Virus record (IMG/VR): IMGVR_UViG_3300020045_011998
Coordinates: 1-44,408 of that record
DNA from: a virus
Lineage: Duplodnaviria > Caudoviricetes
Direction: 5' to 3' (one strand)
Length of the DNA: 44,408 nt
Shown here: piece after piece, positions 18,080 to 26,639 of the stretch
Layout of the letters: the number at the start of each line of letters is the position of its first letter
How positions within the stretch are numbered: the first letter of the stretch is position 1
The notes under the pieces: model-generated
Database searches by the model: none
The model's input: the letters and a program-made list of their open reading frames with translations, nothing else
Told to the model about the DNA's origin: nothing
Position numbers and translations under genes: made by a program

Positions 18080-19174
18080 TTAGCCTTGCAGCTTCTTCCA
18101 AACGTCTCCACCCTCACCCGTCACAGGGTTAATCTTAGGGGAGTACATCGATGCGTCCATTGCAGCTCCACCGACTACGCCAGCTGCAGCGATTCTTTTT
18201 CCTACGACGGGATTTGGTGCAACAATCTTAGCCTCACCCATCTTAAAAGCCTTACCTACGCCCGTGTTAGCTGCGGAGTTCCATGTTTTCTTTGCAGAGT
18301 TTGCGGCTACATTTCCACCTGCTCTGGCTAGACCTACGAAAGGTTTTGCTACAGTCTTACCTGTCCACTTAGCTAGCCCGCCAACTGCGCGGCCAGCCAT
18401 TCCGGCCAGTGCTCCAATAAAAGCCTGCTTCTCTAGAGCTACGACTTCAGAGGCTTGCTTTTGAAGAGTCTTACGTGAAGCCAAAACTTCCGTCAACTCC
18501 TGGGCCTCTTCAAAGGTTTGTTTTAGGCTAGCAGCCTTCTCTAGCGAGGCCTTTGTAAACAGCGTTTCCGGCAAGTCTTTCCAGGCCCTATCCTCTTTGA
18601 AAACAAGCCGAGCTAGCTTAGTAAACGTGTCACCAGAAGCAACTACGCTTAGCTTGGATTGAGCTTCTTGGTCTAAGGCTAAGAATGAAGCCACCTTCAT
18701 AAGTCGTGAGGCTAGAATACTAGCTTCGACTTCTAGTTCTTCGATTAGACGGGCGTTGATCTGAGCTTGCTTGATGATGCCTGCCTTAGCTTGCGCAACG
18801 TCTAGTTCAGGGAAGGTGTCGTCTAGAATGCTAGCTTGCTTAGTTTGACCAGGGCTTGAGCTTAGGAACGCCAGCCAAGGATCTTCGCTTACGCTTTGTG
18901 AAGCTACATGTTCAGGAATAGAAGCGATCTTTAGAATTTCGTGGTAGTCGGCTACCTGAAACTCAGTTGTACGGTCTGATCCTGACTTCTCTAAAGTCTT
19001 AAGATAGGCTAGAGTATTGACGGCCTCTACGCTGCGCTTGAGTTGCTCTTGGTTTAGACCTCTATCAGAAGCCTCCTTTGCGATAAGTTGATTCAGGGAA
19101 GTTCCCTGAGCTAAGAATTGGGTTGTGCAGCGAACAGCTAAGTCCTGCAAGTCTGAAACGGATAGTGTTGCCAT
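18080..19174 (-). CDS. Head-associated protein with K-x-A repeats
   Basis: KEAS, KIAS, KQAS, KVAS, KAAS, KQAF; basic Gly/Ala-rich C-terminus. Confidence 0.7.
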   Translation of the reverse strand: MATLSVSDLQDLAVRCTTQFLAQGTSLNQLIAKEASDRGLNQEQLKRSVEAVNTLAYLKTLEKSGSDRTTEFQVADYHEILKIASIPEHVASQSVSEDPWLAFLSSSPGQTKQASILDDTFPELDVAQAKAGIIKQAQINARLIEELEVEASILASRLMKVASFLALDQEAQSKLSVVASGDTFTKLARLVFKEDRAWKDLPETLFTKASLEKAASLKQTFEEAQELTEVLASRKTLQKQASEVVALEKQAFIGALAGMAGRAVGGLAKWTGKTVAKPFVGLARAGGNVAANSAKKTWNSAANTGVGKAFKMGEAKIVAPNPVVGKRIAAAGVVGGAAMDASMYSPKINPVTGEGGDVWKKLQG

Positions 19175-19180
19175 AGAAGG

Positions 19181-19214
19181 ATTTTAGCTGGCGTGGCTGG
19201 GTCTAGTCTAAAAT
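19181..19214. promoter_or_regulatory. Divergent pair of putative class B (TAAAAT) promoters
   Basis: TAAAAT on minus (19181-19186) and on plus (19209-19214), each exactly 6 nt before an ATG with no RBS. Confidence 0.55.
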
Positions 19215-19220
19215 TCAAGA

Positions 19221-20222
19221 ATGTCGAATCGTTATATTGCACACTTAGAAAAACAATCAAGCCTTATAGCGGGGGCAGCTGTAACTCACTTGGCACAAAA
19301 CGCTGCTGTGAAGGCAGCTTTATCTAATAAATCGGTGGGGAAATACGTAGGCCATTCTTTCAATGAAGGTGTTCATGGTGTAGTGGATAAGTCTATCGGG
19401 GGTTACGCAAAGAGAATCGGTGCTGCCGCATTGACACCTGAAATTGGATCCCTTCACTCAGAGCTTCATCACTTAGGTAAAAAGATGGCCCCGCACCTGG
19501 AAGGGATGTCATTGAAGCAACGGGCAGTCCTTCATAGCGCAGTCTCGAAAGGAAAGATTCCAAGTCGATACTCAGAATTTGCAAAAGACCCTAAGGTCCT
19601 CGGAGCTTACGGTATTGCCCAACAACACGCTAAAAAACAAGGTATGAATTTACCTTCGTTGTCTAACTTAGCATCTAAGCAGAACGGCCTATCAAAACTA
19701 TGGCAAGACAAAGACCATCCACTGCTCTCAAACATCGCTAAGAACGTAGGTTCTGGCAAAGTTAATGCATCCAAGTTTAAGAAGGGAACTCTCTCTGCCA
19801 AAGAAGGGTTTGTAGGATCTGCAATCGCAGGTGTAGCTGAGCCTTCTGCAGGTCTGTTGGATGGCCTAAAGGCCGCTGTTTCTAGTAAGAAATTCACCGA
19901 CTCTAAGATCGGCGGGAAAATAACCAAGATGCTTAATGATAAATTCGTCAAGGCTCCTATTAAGAAAGGGTTCGAACACCCAAATGCTTATACTAATAAG
20001 CTAAAAAATACAGCCTCAGACATCGTATCGAACCCTCTTGTGGGTAATCTTCAAAGAGCATCCTCTGCTATATCTGGCGCGCTAGACCCCGTCAAGCCTC
20101 CAGTAGCCAAAGCAGTCAGTACGTTTTCCAAGGTTAAGACTTCGGTTTCTAATTTCATGACCAAGCTTAAAGCTAAAAAAGAGGAAGTACTGGGCAGAGT
20201 CGGTGGCGGACATCATCTATGA
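19221..20222 (+). CDS. Lys/Ala/Gly-rich basic putative internal virion protein
   Basis: 333 aa; MSNRYIAHLEKQSS (tag-like). Confidence 0.7.
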   Translation: MSNRYIAHLEKQSSLIAGAAVTHLAQNAAVKAALSNKSVGKYVGHSFNEGVHGVVDKSIGGYAKRIGAAALTPEIGSLHSELHHLGKKMAPHLEGMSLKQRAVLHSAVSKGKIPSRYSEFAKDPKVLGAYGIAQQHAKKQGMNLPSLSNLASKQNGLSKLWQDKDHPLLSNIAKNVGSGKVNASKFKKGTLSAKEGFVGSAIAGVAEPSAGLLDGLKAAVSSKKFTDSKIGGKITKMLNDKFVKAPIKKGFEHPNAYTNKLKNTASDIVSNPLVGNLQRASSAISGALDPVKPPVAKAVSTFSKVKTSVSNFMTKLKAKKEEVLGRVGGGHHL

Positions 20223-20224
20223 CT

Positions 20225-20244
20225 AAAAAGGGCTTATGCCCTTT
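20225..20244. terminator. Bidirectional terminator
   Basis: AAAAAGGGC-ttat-GCCCTTT between convergent stops. Confidence 0.7.
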
Positions 20245-20246
20245 CG

Positions 20247-20336
20247 TTAGCCGTCCAACCAGTTCTTTACGAACAGGCCGACAGCGATGATTGCAATGAG
20301 AGTTGTGACCGGATGTTCGATGATGACGTTAAGCAT
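20247..20336 (-). CDS. 29-aa single-pass membrane peptide
   Basis: MLNVIIEHPVTTLIAIIAVGLFVKNWLDG; TGGTATAAG on minus at 20365-20373; terminator downstream. Confidence 0.55.
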   Translation of the reverse strand: MLNVIIEHPVTTLIAIIAVGLFVKNWLDG

Positions 20337-20389
20337 ACAAATTAGTGTAGTTTCTGATACTATACTTATACCAAAAATTGGAAGATGAA

Positions 20390-21841
20390 ATGAATAAGTT
20401 TTTAGAAAAGATTGCGGAGAAGCTACGGCCACATCAAGAAGAGGCTTTGAAAAAGCTCGATGAAGAGGGCGGGTTGATTGCAAATCACAGTCTAGGATCG
20501 GGTAAAACTAGGCTAGCACTTGAGGCTATTTCACGTGCACAGAAAAAAGATAAGACTGGGCGGGCTCTTATGGTCGCCCCTGCAAGTCTTATTACCAATA
20601 TCGATTCAGAAATTAAGAAATTCGGAGTACCTATTGATAGAAGTAGGCTTGACGTAAGAACTTACGAAAAGGCTACACGTGATGCTGATACGCTTAAAAA
20701 GAACAAGTATATAATTTCTGTATCTGACGAAAGTCATAAAATGCGAAATGCAGGTACACTCAGATCTAAAGAGCTGTCCGAGATTTTCTCAAACTCTGAT
20801 AAAAGATTGCTCTTGACTGGCACTATGATGTATAACAACCCTTCAGACATGTCTGCTCTAATCAACATCGCTGCGGGGGGGAAGATTTTACCAACTCACA
20901 AGAAGGACTTCGAGGATAGATTCCTAAAAACGGATAAGATTAAACCGACATTGATTCAGAGAATCACTCGACAAGATCCCGGCGAAAAAGTATCGCTTAA
21001 AAATCATAAAGAACTTAGTCACGTCTTGAATAAATACGTTCATACATATAATACAGAAGACGATCCATCTTCTAAAGGAATGTTCCCTACTTCTACTGAA
21101 ACTTTCAATGAGATAGAAATGTCTAAGGAGCAAGAGAGGCTTTATAAATATGTAGAGGGAGATCTGCCTTTCCTTATTAGGGCAAAGATTAGGCATGGAC
21201 TACCTCTTGATAAAAAAGAAAAAGCTTCCCTTAACGCATTTTCTGTCGGAGTCCGCCAGGTAAGTTCAGGTATCAGACATCTACATAAAAACCCGGATGA
21301 CGCGCCATACACGCCGAAGATTGAAGCTATGCATGCATCTTTAAAAGAAGGCTTAAAAAATGACAAGAATTTTAGAGGTATGGCTTACTCAAGTTTCCTA
21401 GGAGCTGGCGTCGATGAGCTGAGTAGAAAACTTACAGAAGATGGGATAGATCATGGCGTATACACTGGTAAGCTCAGCGCAGCAGAGAAAGATAGACTTG
21501 TTCAAGAATACAATGAAGGAAAAAAGAAAATTCTTCTCGTGTCTGGGGCAGGATCGGAAGGGCTAAATCTTCGCGGAACTAAGAAGATTCTAATAGATGG
21601 AAGTCACTTTAACAGATCTAAGACTAAACAGGTTGTAGGCAGAGGTATTAGGTACCAATCCCATATGCACCTCCCTGAAAATGAGAGGGAAGTAAAAATT
21701 GAACATTACCATTCTGTTTTGCCGAAACGCGGATTCGGTATGGGTAAGAACTTGAGCATCGATCAGTATTTACATCAAAATGGTGAAGATAAAGAAGAGG
21801 TTTTTGGCCAAATAAAAGGCTTGCTGAAAAAGAATGATTAA
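20390..21841 (+). CDS. SF2 (SNF2-like) helicase/ATPase with N-terminal tag
   Basis: LRPHQ, HSLGSGKT, SDESH, LLTGT, GSEGLNL, QVVGRGIR; ATG at 20390 gives MNKFLEKIAE. Confidence 0.9.
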   Translation: MNKFLEKIAEKLRPHQEEALKKLDEEGGLIANHSLGSGKTRLALEAISRAQKKDKTGRALMVAPASLITNIDSEIKKFGVPIDRSRLDVRTYEKATRDADTLKKNKYIISVSDESHKMRNAGTLRSKELSEIFSNSDKRLLLTGTMMYNNPSDMSALINIAAGGKILPTHKKDFEDRFLKTDKIKPTLIQRITRQDPGEKVSLKNHKELSHVLNKYVHTYNTEDDPSSKGMFPTSTETFNEIEMSKEQERLYKYVEGDLPFLIRAKIRHGLPLDKKEKASLNAFSVGVRQVSSGIRHLHKNPDDAPYTPKIEAMHASLKEGLKNDKNFRGMAYSSFLGAGVDELSRKLTEDGIDHGVYTGKLSAAEKDRLVQEYNEGKKKILLVSGAGSEGLNLRGTKKILIDGSHFNRSKTKQVVGRGIRYQSHMHLPENEREVKIEHYHSVLPKRGFGMGKNLSIDQYLHQNGEDKEEVFGQIKGLLKKND

Positions 21842-21849
21842 AGTATAAT
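21821..21849 (+). promoter_or_regulatory. Sigma70-type promoter
   Basis: TTGCTG-17 nt-TATAAT, 5 nt before the HNH ATG. Confidence 0.6.
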
Positions 21850-21854
21850 TTTGA

Positions 21855-22754
21855 ATGGTTACAAAAAAATTACCACCATCAGCTCCGGGAGACAGATATG
21901 GAATACTTACTCTCCTTGAGAAGACTAGTCCTAAAGGCGCTAACGACTCTAGATGGAAAGTTATATGCGACTGTGGGGTTATAAAAGAAGTTCCTCAATT
22001 CTCCATGAGGAATGGAAACACTATTTCCTGCGGCTGTTATCGCAAAAGTGAAGAATTATTACTGAAAAAACGTAACACTTTCCTATCTAACTTTACTCCA
22101 AAAAACCTGGATAGTGTAATAGGTATTAAATTTAATAGATTAACTGTTTTAGAGTATGTAGGGATACTTGGTAAAATGGGAGTGGGGAATAGAAGTGTAT
22201 TCGGTATTAAAGTTGAGTGCGAATGCGGGTCTATTTTCATAGCAAATAAAACTAGTGTAGTTAGAGGATTAACTACCTCCTGCGGGTGCAAGAAATCAGA
22301 GAATGGCGCCAAAAATGTCGCTATTATTTCCAGAAATCATCGTATAAAACTAGGATTGGACCCGGAGGAGCCTATATCTTCTGGGAGTAAGCTTGAGCGG
22401 TTAAAATTCACAAAAATGTCATCTGATATAAAAATAAGAGATGATTACACGTGTGCTATATGTAATACTAAAGGTGGATATTTAAATACTCATCATATAA
22501 ACACTTGGTCTAATAATAAGACTCTGCGATTCGATCCTAAAAATCTTGTAACACTCTGTAGAACGTGCCACCTAGATATTGCTCATTCCGGAAATACTAG
22601 AAAACATCCAGACCCAGTCATCGCCGCCCAGCTAACCATCCACGTCCTCTCTAAGTTCTATCCTGAAGAATACGCAGCTCTTACTGGTATAGACATGGAT
22701 TCTGGCGCAGGACTCTTTGAAGGTCCTAATTCTATTAAACCATCTTCCGAATAA
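21855..22754 (+). CDS. HNH homing endonuclease
   Basis: Two CxCG...SCGC modules; RDDYTCAIC, HHI, NLVTLCRTCH..AH; AT-rich. Confidence 0.9.
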   Translation: MVTKKLPPSAPGDRYGILTLLEKTSPKGANDSRWKVICDCGVIKEVPQFSMRNGNTISCGCYRKSEELLLKKRNTFLSNFTPKNLDSVIGIKFNRLTVLEYVGILGKMGVGNRSVFGIKVECECGSIFIANKTSVVRGLTTSCGCKKSENGAKNVAIISRNHRIKLGLDPEEPISSGSKLERLKFTKMSSDIKIRDDYTCAICNTKGGYLNTHHINTWSNNKTLRFDPKNLVTLCRTCHLDIAHSGNTRKHPDPVIAAQLTIHVLSKFYPEEYAALTGIDMDSGAGLFEGPNSIKPSSE

Positions 22755-23184
22755 TCGAAGCCACCTTCTCTAGGTACTTATTCACATGGCCGTCTTGTAC
22801 GGCCTTTTCTTTGTCTAATCCTGGAGCTATACCCCAATTAAGAAGAGCTTGTCTCCTCTTGGGTTGAATGGAAAGATCTGAAAGACTTGGGTCTGCTTTT
22901 TGAAGTTGAGCTAGATGCCTAGCTTTGAAGCTGACCCATCTTTTCATCTGCCTTTCATCATCTTCTGTCCTTTTCCCGGCAGAATAATTCTTGTACCATT
23001 CAAACCATCCATTTGGATGTTCTTTGTGATGCCAACTATCAGGCCAGGTATCGAGACTTGCTTTAACTCCGAAGAAGTTTCCAGTTCTAGGATCCTTCTT
23101 GTTGTAAAGAGATGAAAGAGTTCCAATTCTCTCCATTTGATCAGGCGTCAGATCCGGAGAGAATTTTGGGTTAATTTCTGACAT
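22735..23184 (-). CDS. Conserved protein of unknown function with C-terminal tag
   Basis: FSPDLTP, NFFGVKAS, GWFEWY, DDERQMKRW, RRQALLNW; ends VNKYLEKVASIIRKMV; ATG at 23184 chosen over TTG at 23193. Confidence 0.75.
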   Translation of the reverse strand: MSEINPKFSPDLTPDQMERIGTLSSLYNKKDPRTGNFFGVKASLDTWPDSWHHKEHPNGWFEWYKNYSAGKRTEDDERQMKRWVSFKARHLAQLQKADPSLSDLSIQPKRRQALLNWGIAPGLDKEKAVQDGHVNKYLEKVASIIRKMV

Positions 23185-23225
23185 AATAAACAAGACGCAA
23201 AATATTCTTCGCGTCTTCTTAGTCC

Positions 23226-24839
23226 TTAGTAGGCAATTCTAGAAACTTCCCAGGTAATACCAGACTGAATCTTGAAGCATAGGGATGCCCCATTTGCACC
23301 TGGTGTATACGCAACTCCTCCTGAAAGTTTCAAAGTAGCTGAAGGAGTGAACGTAGTGTTTGTATTTGTAGTCCTGATCCAGAACAGTTTCCCAGGCGCT
23401 ACGGGTGCGGTAATACTGGTAATATTTGTCGCTACAGTTGCAGTCATAGTGAAATCACTGGCATCCGTTACAGTTAGAACATTAGACCCATCTACGTTAG
23501 CTTGGGTAAGTACAGTCGTATCTAGTCCAATAGAGATTGATCCACGGGCTAATTTAGGGAACCGTAGTGAGCCGATAGCAGATTCAGAGAATCCGGTAAT
23601 ACCATTTCCCGTAGTCTGATCGTCGATCTTTTTGCTTCCAGCACCAGCCCATACAATATTCGGGTTGAACATATTGCCGTGAATGTCCAGGAAAGGGCTT
23701 ACCCCGAGAATCTGAATTCCAATAGCAGGTCCAACCGTACCACCGTAAGTAATGCTGTTGTTTACGCAAGTTCTTGCAAGCCCTTGATAAGTAGGGCCCG
23801 TCATATCTATTAAAATGGCGGTGCTAGAGGCACTAGGTTTGCAAGCCAAGTAGTTGTGAGAATAGTATCCACCAAGAGTGTCTGCAGCAGAATGAATTCC
23901 GATTGCAGCACCAGGAAATATGAAATTTCCGGTAACAGAGGTAGATCTTCCATTATCGTAAATTGCAGTCCCTACGTTATCCATGCCCTCCATATAGTTG
24001 TCCTCCAGAGAGCAACCATCACAACCTCTTTCCAGCCAAATGCCGTGCGTAACAGTGGAGGCCTCGTTGAGTACAAGCGTAGTTTTGAAATTAGTAGCAG
24101 AAACCCCGGTTTCGCCTAAATAGTATCCATATAGCCACCCGCGAGAGCTGTTTTTGTAAAGAGTATTAAGCCCACCACCATAACTATTCTTAATCCAAAT
24201 ACCTTTACCTACACGAGTAGTGGCTCCTGCTGGATATGTAGGGGCGAATAGATCTTTATTATATACGTAGCAAGTATCAATTAGCATTGCTGCGCCATAT
24301 CCAATCACGAGACCATCTCCTAGGCCAGCTTGATACACTGCGCATCTTCGCATCGTAGATACTCCGAAGAATCCTTCAAAGTATACTGCAGGTACGTTAG
24401 CCGCGGATGTTCCCCAGAATGCAATGTCCTCAATTAGGAACTGCATATCCGCAGAAGGTGTAAGCTCAGTGTTCCAAGAAAACATCGTTCCTGAAGTAGT
24501 ACTCTTGATAATACTCCCGCTATCATTCCCCTGGAAAAGTGCAAAAGGATTACCAAGTCCGTCCCCGTACATCTGGAATGTTGCGTAGTCAGAGCCTAAT
24601 CCTGGCACTGTTAGAGCGGTAACGAGATAACCTCCGTTTGGTACGTACAGCGCCTTTCTTTGGGCATATGCCGCATTCATCGCGTTTTGAAAACCTACCT
24701 GAACGTTTGTAGTAAAAGCGTAAGTCTTTGTAGCTGCAATTTCTGCATCAGTTAGGAAATCATGAACTGAAATAGAAGGAAGATCGGATGCTACAACCGA
24801 GTTTCTGATTTTTAAGATGGTATCTGTTGAGCTGCTCAT
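23226..24839 (-). CDS. Tailspike / right-handed beta-helix depolymerase
   Basis: ISVHDF..FQNAMNAA..LYVPNGGYLV..MYGDG pectate-lyase-3-like start; Asn/Gly ladder repeats; C-terminal WEVSR. Confidence 0.8.
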   Translation of the reverse strand: MSSSTDTILKIRNSVVASDLPSISVHDFLTDAEIAATKTYAFTTNVQVGFQNAMNAAYAQRKALYVPNGGYLVTALTVPGLGSDYATFQMYGDGLGNPFALFQGNDSGSIIKSTTSGTMFSWNTELTPSADMQFLIEDIAFWGTSAANVPAVYFEGFFGVSTMRRCAVYQAGLGDGLVIGYGAAMLIDTCYVYNKDLFAPTYPAGATTRVGKGIWIKNSYGGGLNTLYKNSSRGWLYGYYLGETGVSATNFKTTLVLNEASTVTHGIWLERGCDGCSLEDNYMEGMDNVGTAIYDNGRSTSVTGNFIFPGAAIGIHSAADTLGGYYSHNYLACKPSASSTAILIDMTGPTYQGLARTCVNNSITYGGTVGPAIGIQILGVSPFLDIHGNMFNPNIVWAGAGSKKIDDQTTGNGITGFSESAIGSLRFPKLARGSISIGLDTTVLTQANVDGSNVLTVTDASDFTMTATVATNITSITAPVAPGKLFWIRTTNTNTTFTPSATLKLSGGVAYTPGANGASLCFKIQSGITWEVSRIAY

Positions 24840-25016
24840 TTTATATAGAAGTATTTTGTTATGCTGCGTATCCTATGATTTCTTCAATACGCGTATCTTA
24901 ATTTTAGTCTTGCTTCCGAGAATTATTTAAATGCTCAACAGTTACCCGCTTAGGTACAGTAGATTCCAAAAGGGTTTGTTTTTATCTGATGCACTTAGAT
25001 TTCTAGAGGTGAATAA

Positions 25017-26636
25017 TCACTCTTCAACGATGTAAGTTATGGCGCCTATTAGATTACTGTTTACCCCAATATTCCCAGGAGATAGGGGAGTTGAGACCAC
25101 CCCTGATCCACTAAAAACCAGTCTAACTACAGTCCCTCCTGAATCAATCCTGCAACTACACATCGTCCCAGATGGAAATGACACGTTTCCAAGAATTACA
25201 CTACCTACGCTATTTAAAATTGACGCAGTCGCTGGTATTCCTGAAATGACAATTTCACCAACCCCTGCAGAAGTTACGGCACTTATAGTAATCTCAAAAT
25301 GAATAGTCATCTCCCTACCGTTTTTAGTAAACTCACCGAGTCGAGTAGAATATCCGTAAGATCCTGCAGAGGAAGTACCCTGTATAGTAGGTGTCCATGT
25401 GCCTTTGAAATAACTTCCTACATTAGCCCCGTCGACTATACAGCCAGTTACTAGATTATCCTTAATGACGTTATTGTTTGTATAGGTTGTAAGTGTCGTG
25501 TTAAGAGCGTAGCCGCTTGAACCTCCCCCCTCGATGCGATTATTGGTGATAACACAGTTTTGTAAAGGGGTTCCCGTTGCGTCAATAATTCCTAAAGTTG
25601 AACCAGATGCGCCTTTCAATCTGTTTCCTGTTAGGACGATGTTGCTGATAGCTAATCCTCCGCCGAACATGATAGGAGATGCGCCGTCAACGTCGTTTCC
25701 AGTAATGGTTATATTCCCGGACTGGGTAGATACAAGAGTATTGATACCATTAGAACTATTACCGTTGATAGTTATATTTTTAGATAAAGCATTTGGAAAA
25801 TTAATGCAGTAAGGAACCGAGTAAGCTCCTCCTGCATAAAACCTGTTTCCGGATATAACTCCACCTTGCACGTTAAAGGCATCAATTAACCCTTGGCAGT
25901 TTGTACCTACGTAAAAAGTATTACCTAATATCGCAATATTTGTGCAAGTTTTTGTTACGCTTCCAAGTTTAATAAACTTTTGAGCTGTCACATCAAATGT
26001 GCAATTGACGATCTGTAGATCATCACTATTTGCATCAATATTAATTGCGTAGTAACTAGGAGTAGAGAACCAGCAATCACGAAAATAAAAACTATTTCCG
26101 CTAGTAGTGGTACCATCTACATGGAATAGTCCAATTGAGGGGTTTGCAACGCCCGTAACATCTTGGAGGTTAAGGCCTTTTAGATATATTGCTGCGTTAG
26201 TGGCGCCAACGATTGAAAACAGGCTTTTGTTTGCAGTTGTTTGACGGATCTTGGTTCCACTAATAGACATTGGAGCTGCATCTCCTATAATTGCAACGGC
26301 TCCTGGAATATTAATAGTATCATCTACATTGTAGGTTCCGTGACCACAATATATTGCACACGACCTTTTATTATTGACAAATCCATTTACAAAAGCATAA
26401 TTTACAGCCGCCTGAAATGCAGCAGTGCTCATCGTTGCACCTGTAGAATCAGCGCCTACGAAATCGTTAAGAAATACGATCTCGTCAAATTTTTCCCTGG
26501 CAAGTCTTGCCGCAGCGCCGACTGCGGCCAGCTTATATCCTAGGCCGTCCGCACCCTCTCCTGCCGCAGTACCTGAAAACTTTGTATTAGAAATCGCATT
26601 CTTTATCTTTAAAATATTATCTGTTGAGCTGCTCAT
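25017..26636 (-). CDS. Tailspike / right-handed beta-helix depolymerase
   Basis: LNDFVGADSTG..STAAFQAAVN..GTYNV; repeated ITGN/ISGN; C-terminal GTWTPTI...G.FTKNGR domain. Confidence 0.85.
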   Translation of the reverse strand: MSSSTDNILKIKNAISNTKFSGTAAGEGADGLGYKLAAVGAAARLAREKFDEIVFLNDFVGADSTGATMSTAAFQAAVNYAFVNGFVNNKRSCAIYCGHGTYNVDDTINIPGAVAIIGDAAPMSISGTKIRQTTANKSLFSIVGATNAAIYLKGLNLQDVTGVANPSIGLFHVDGTTTSGNSFYFRDCWFSTPSYYAINIDANSDDLQIVNCTFDVTAQKFIKLGSVTKTCTNIAILGNTFYVGTNCQGLIDAFNVQGGVISGNRFYAGGAYSVPYCINFPNALSKNITINGNSSNGINTLVSTQSGNITITGNDVDGASPIMFGGGLAISNIVLTGNRLKGASGSTLGIIDATGTPLQNCVITNNRIEGGGSSGYALNTTLTTYTNNNVIKDNLVTGCIVDGANVGSYFKGTWTPTIQGTSSAGSYGYSTRLGEFTKNGREMTIHFEITISAVTSAGVGEIVISGIPATASILNSVGSVILGNVSFPSGTMCSCRIDSGGTVVRLVFSGSGVVSTPLSPGNIGVNSNLIGAITYIVEE

Positions 26637-26639
26637 TTT

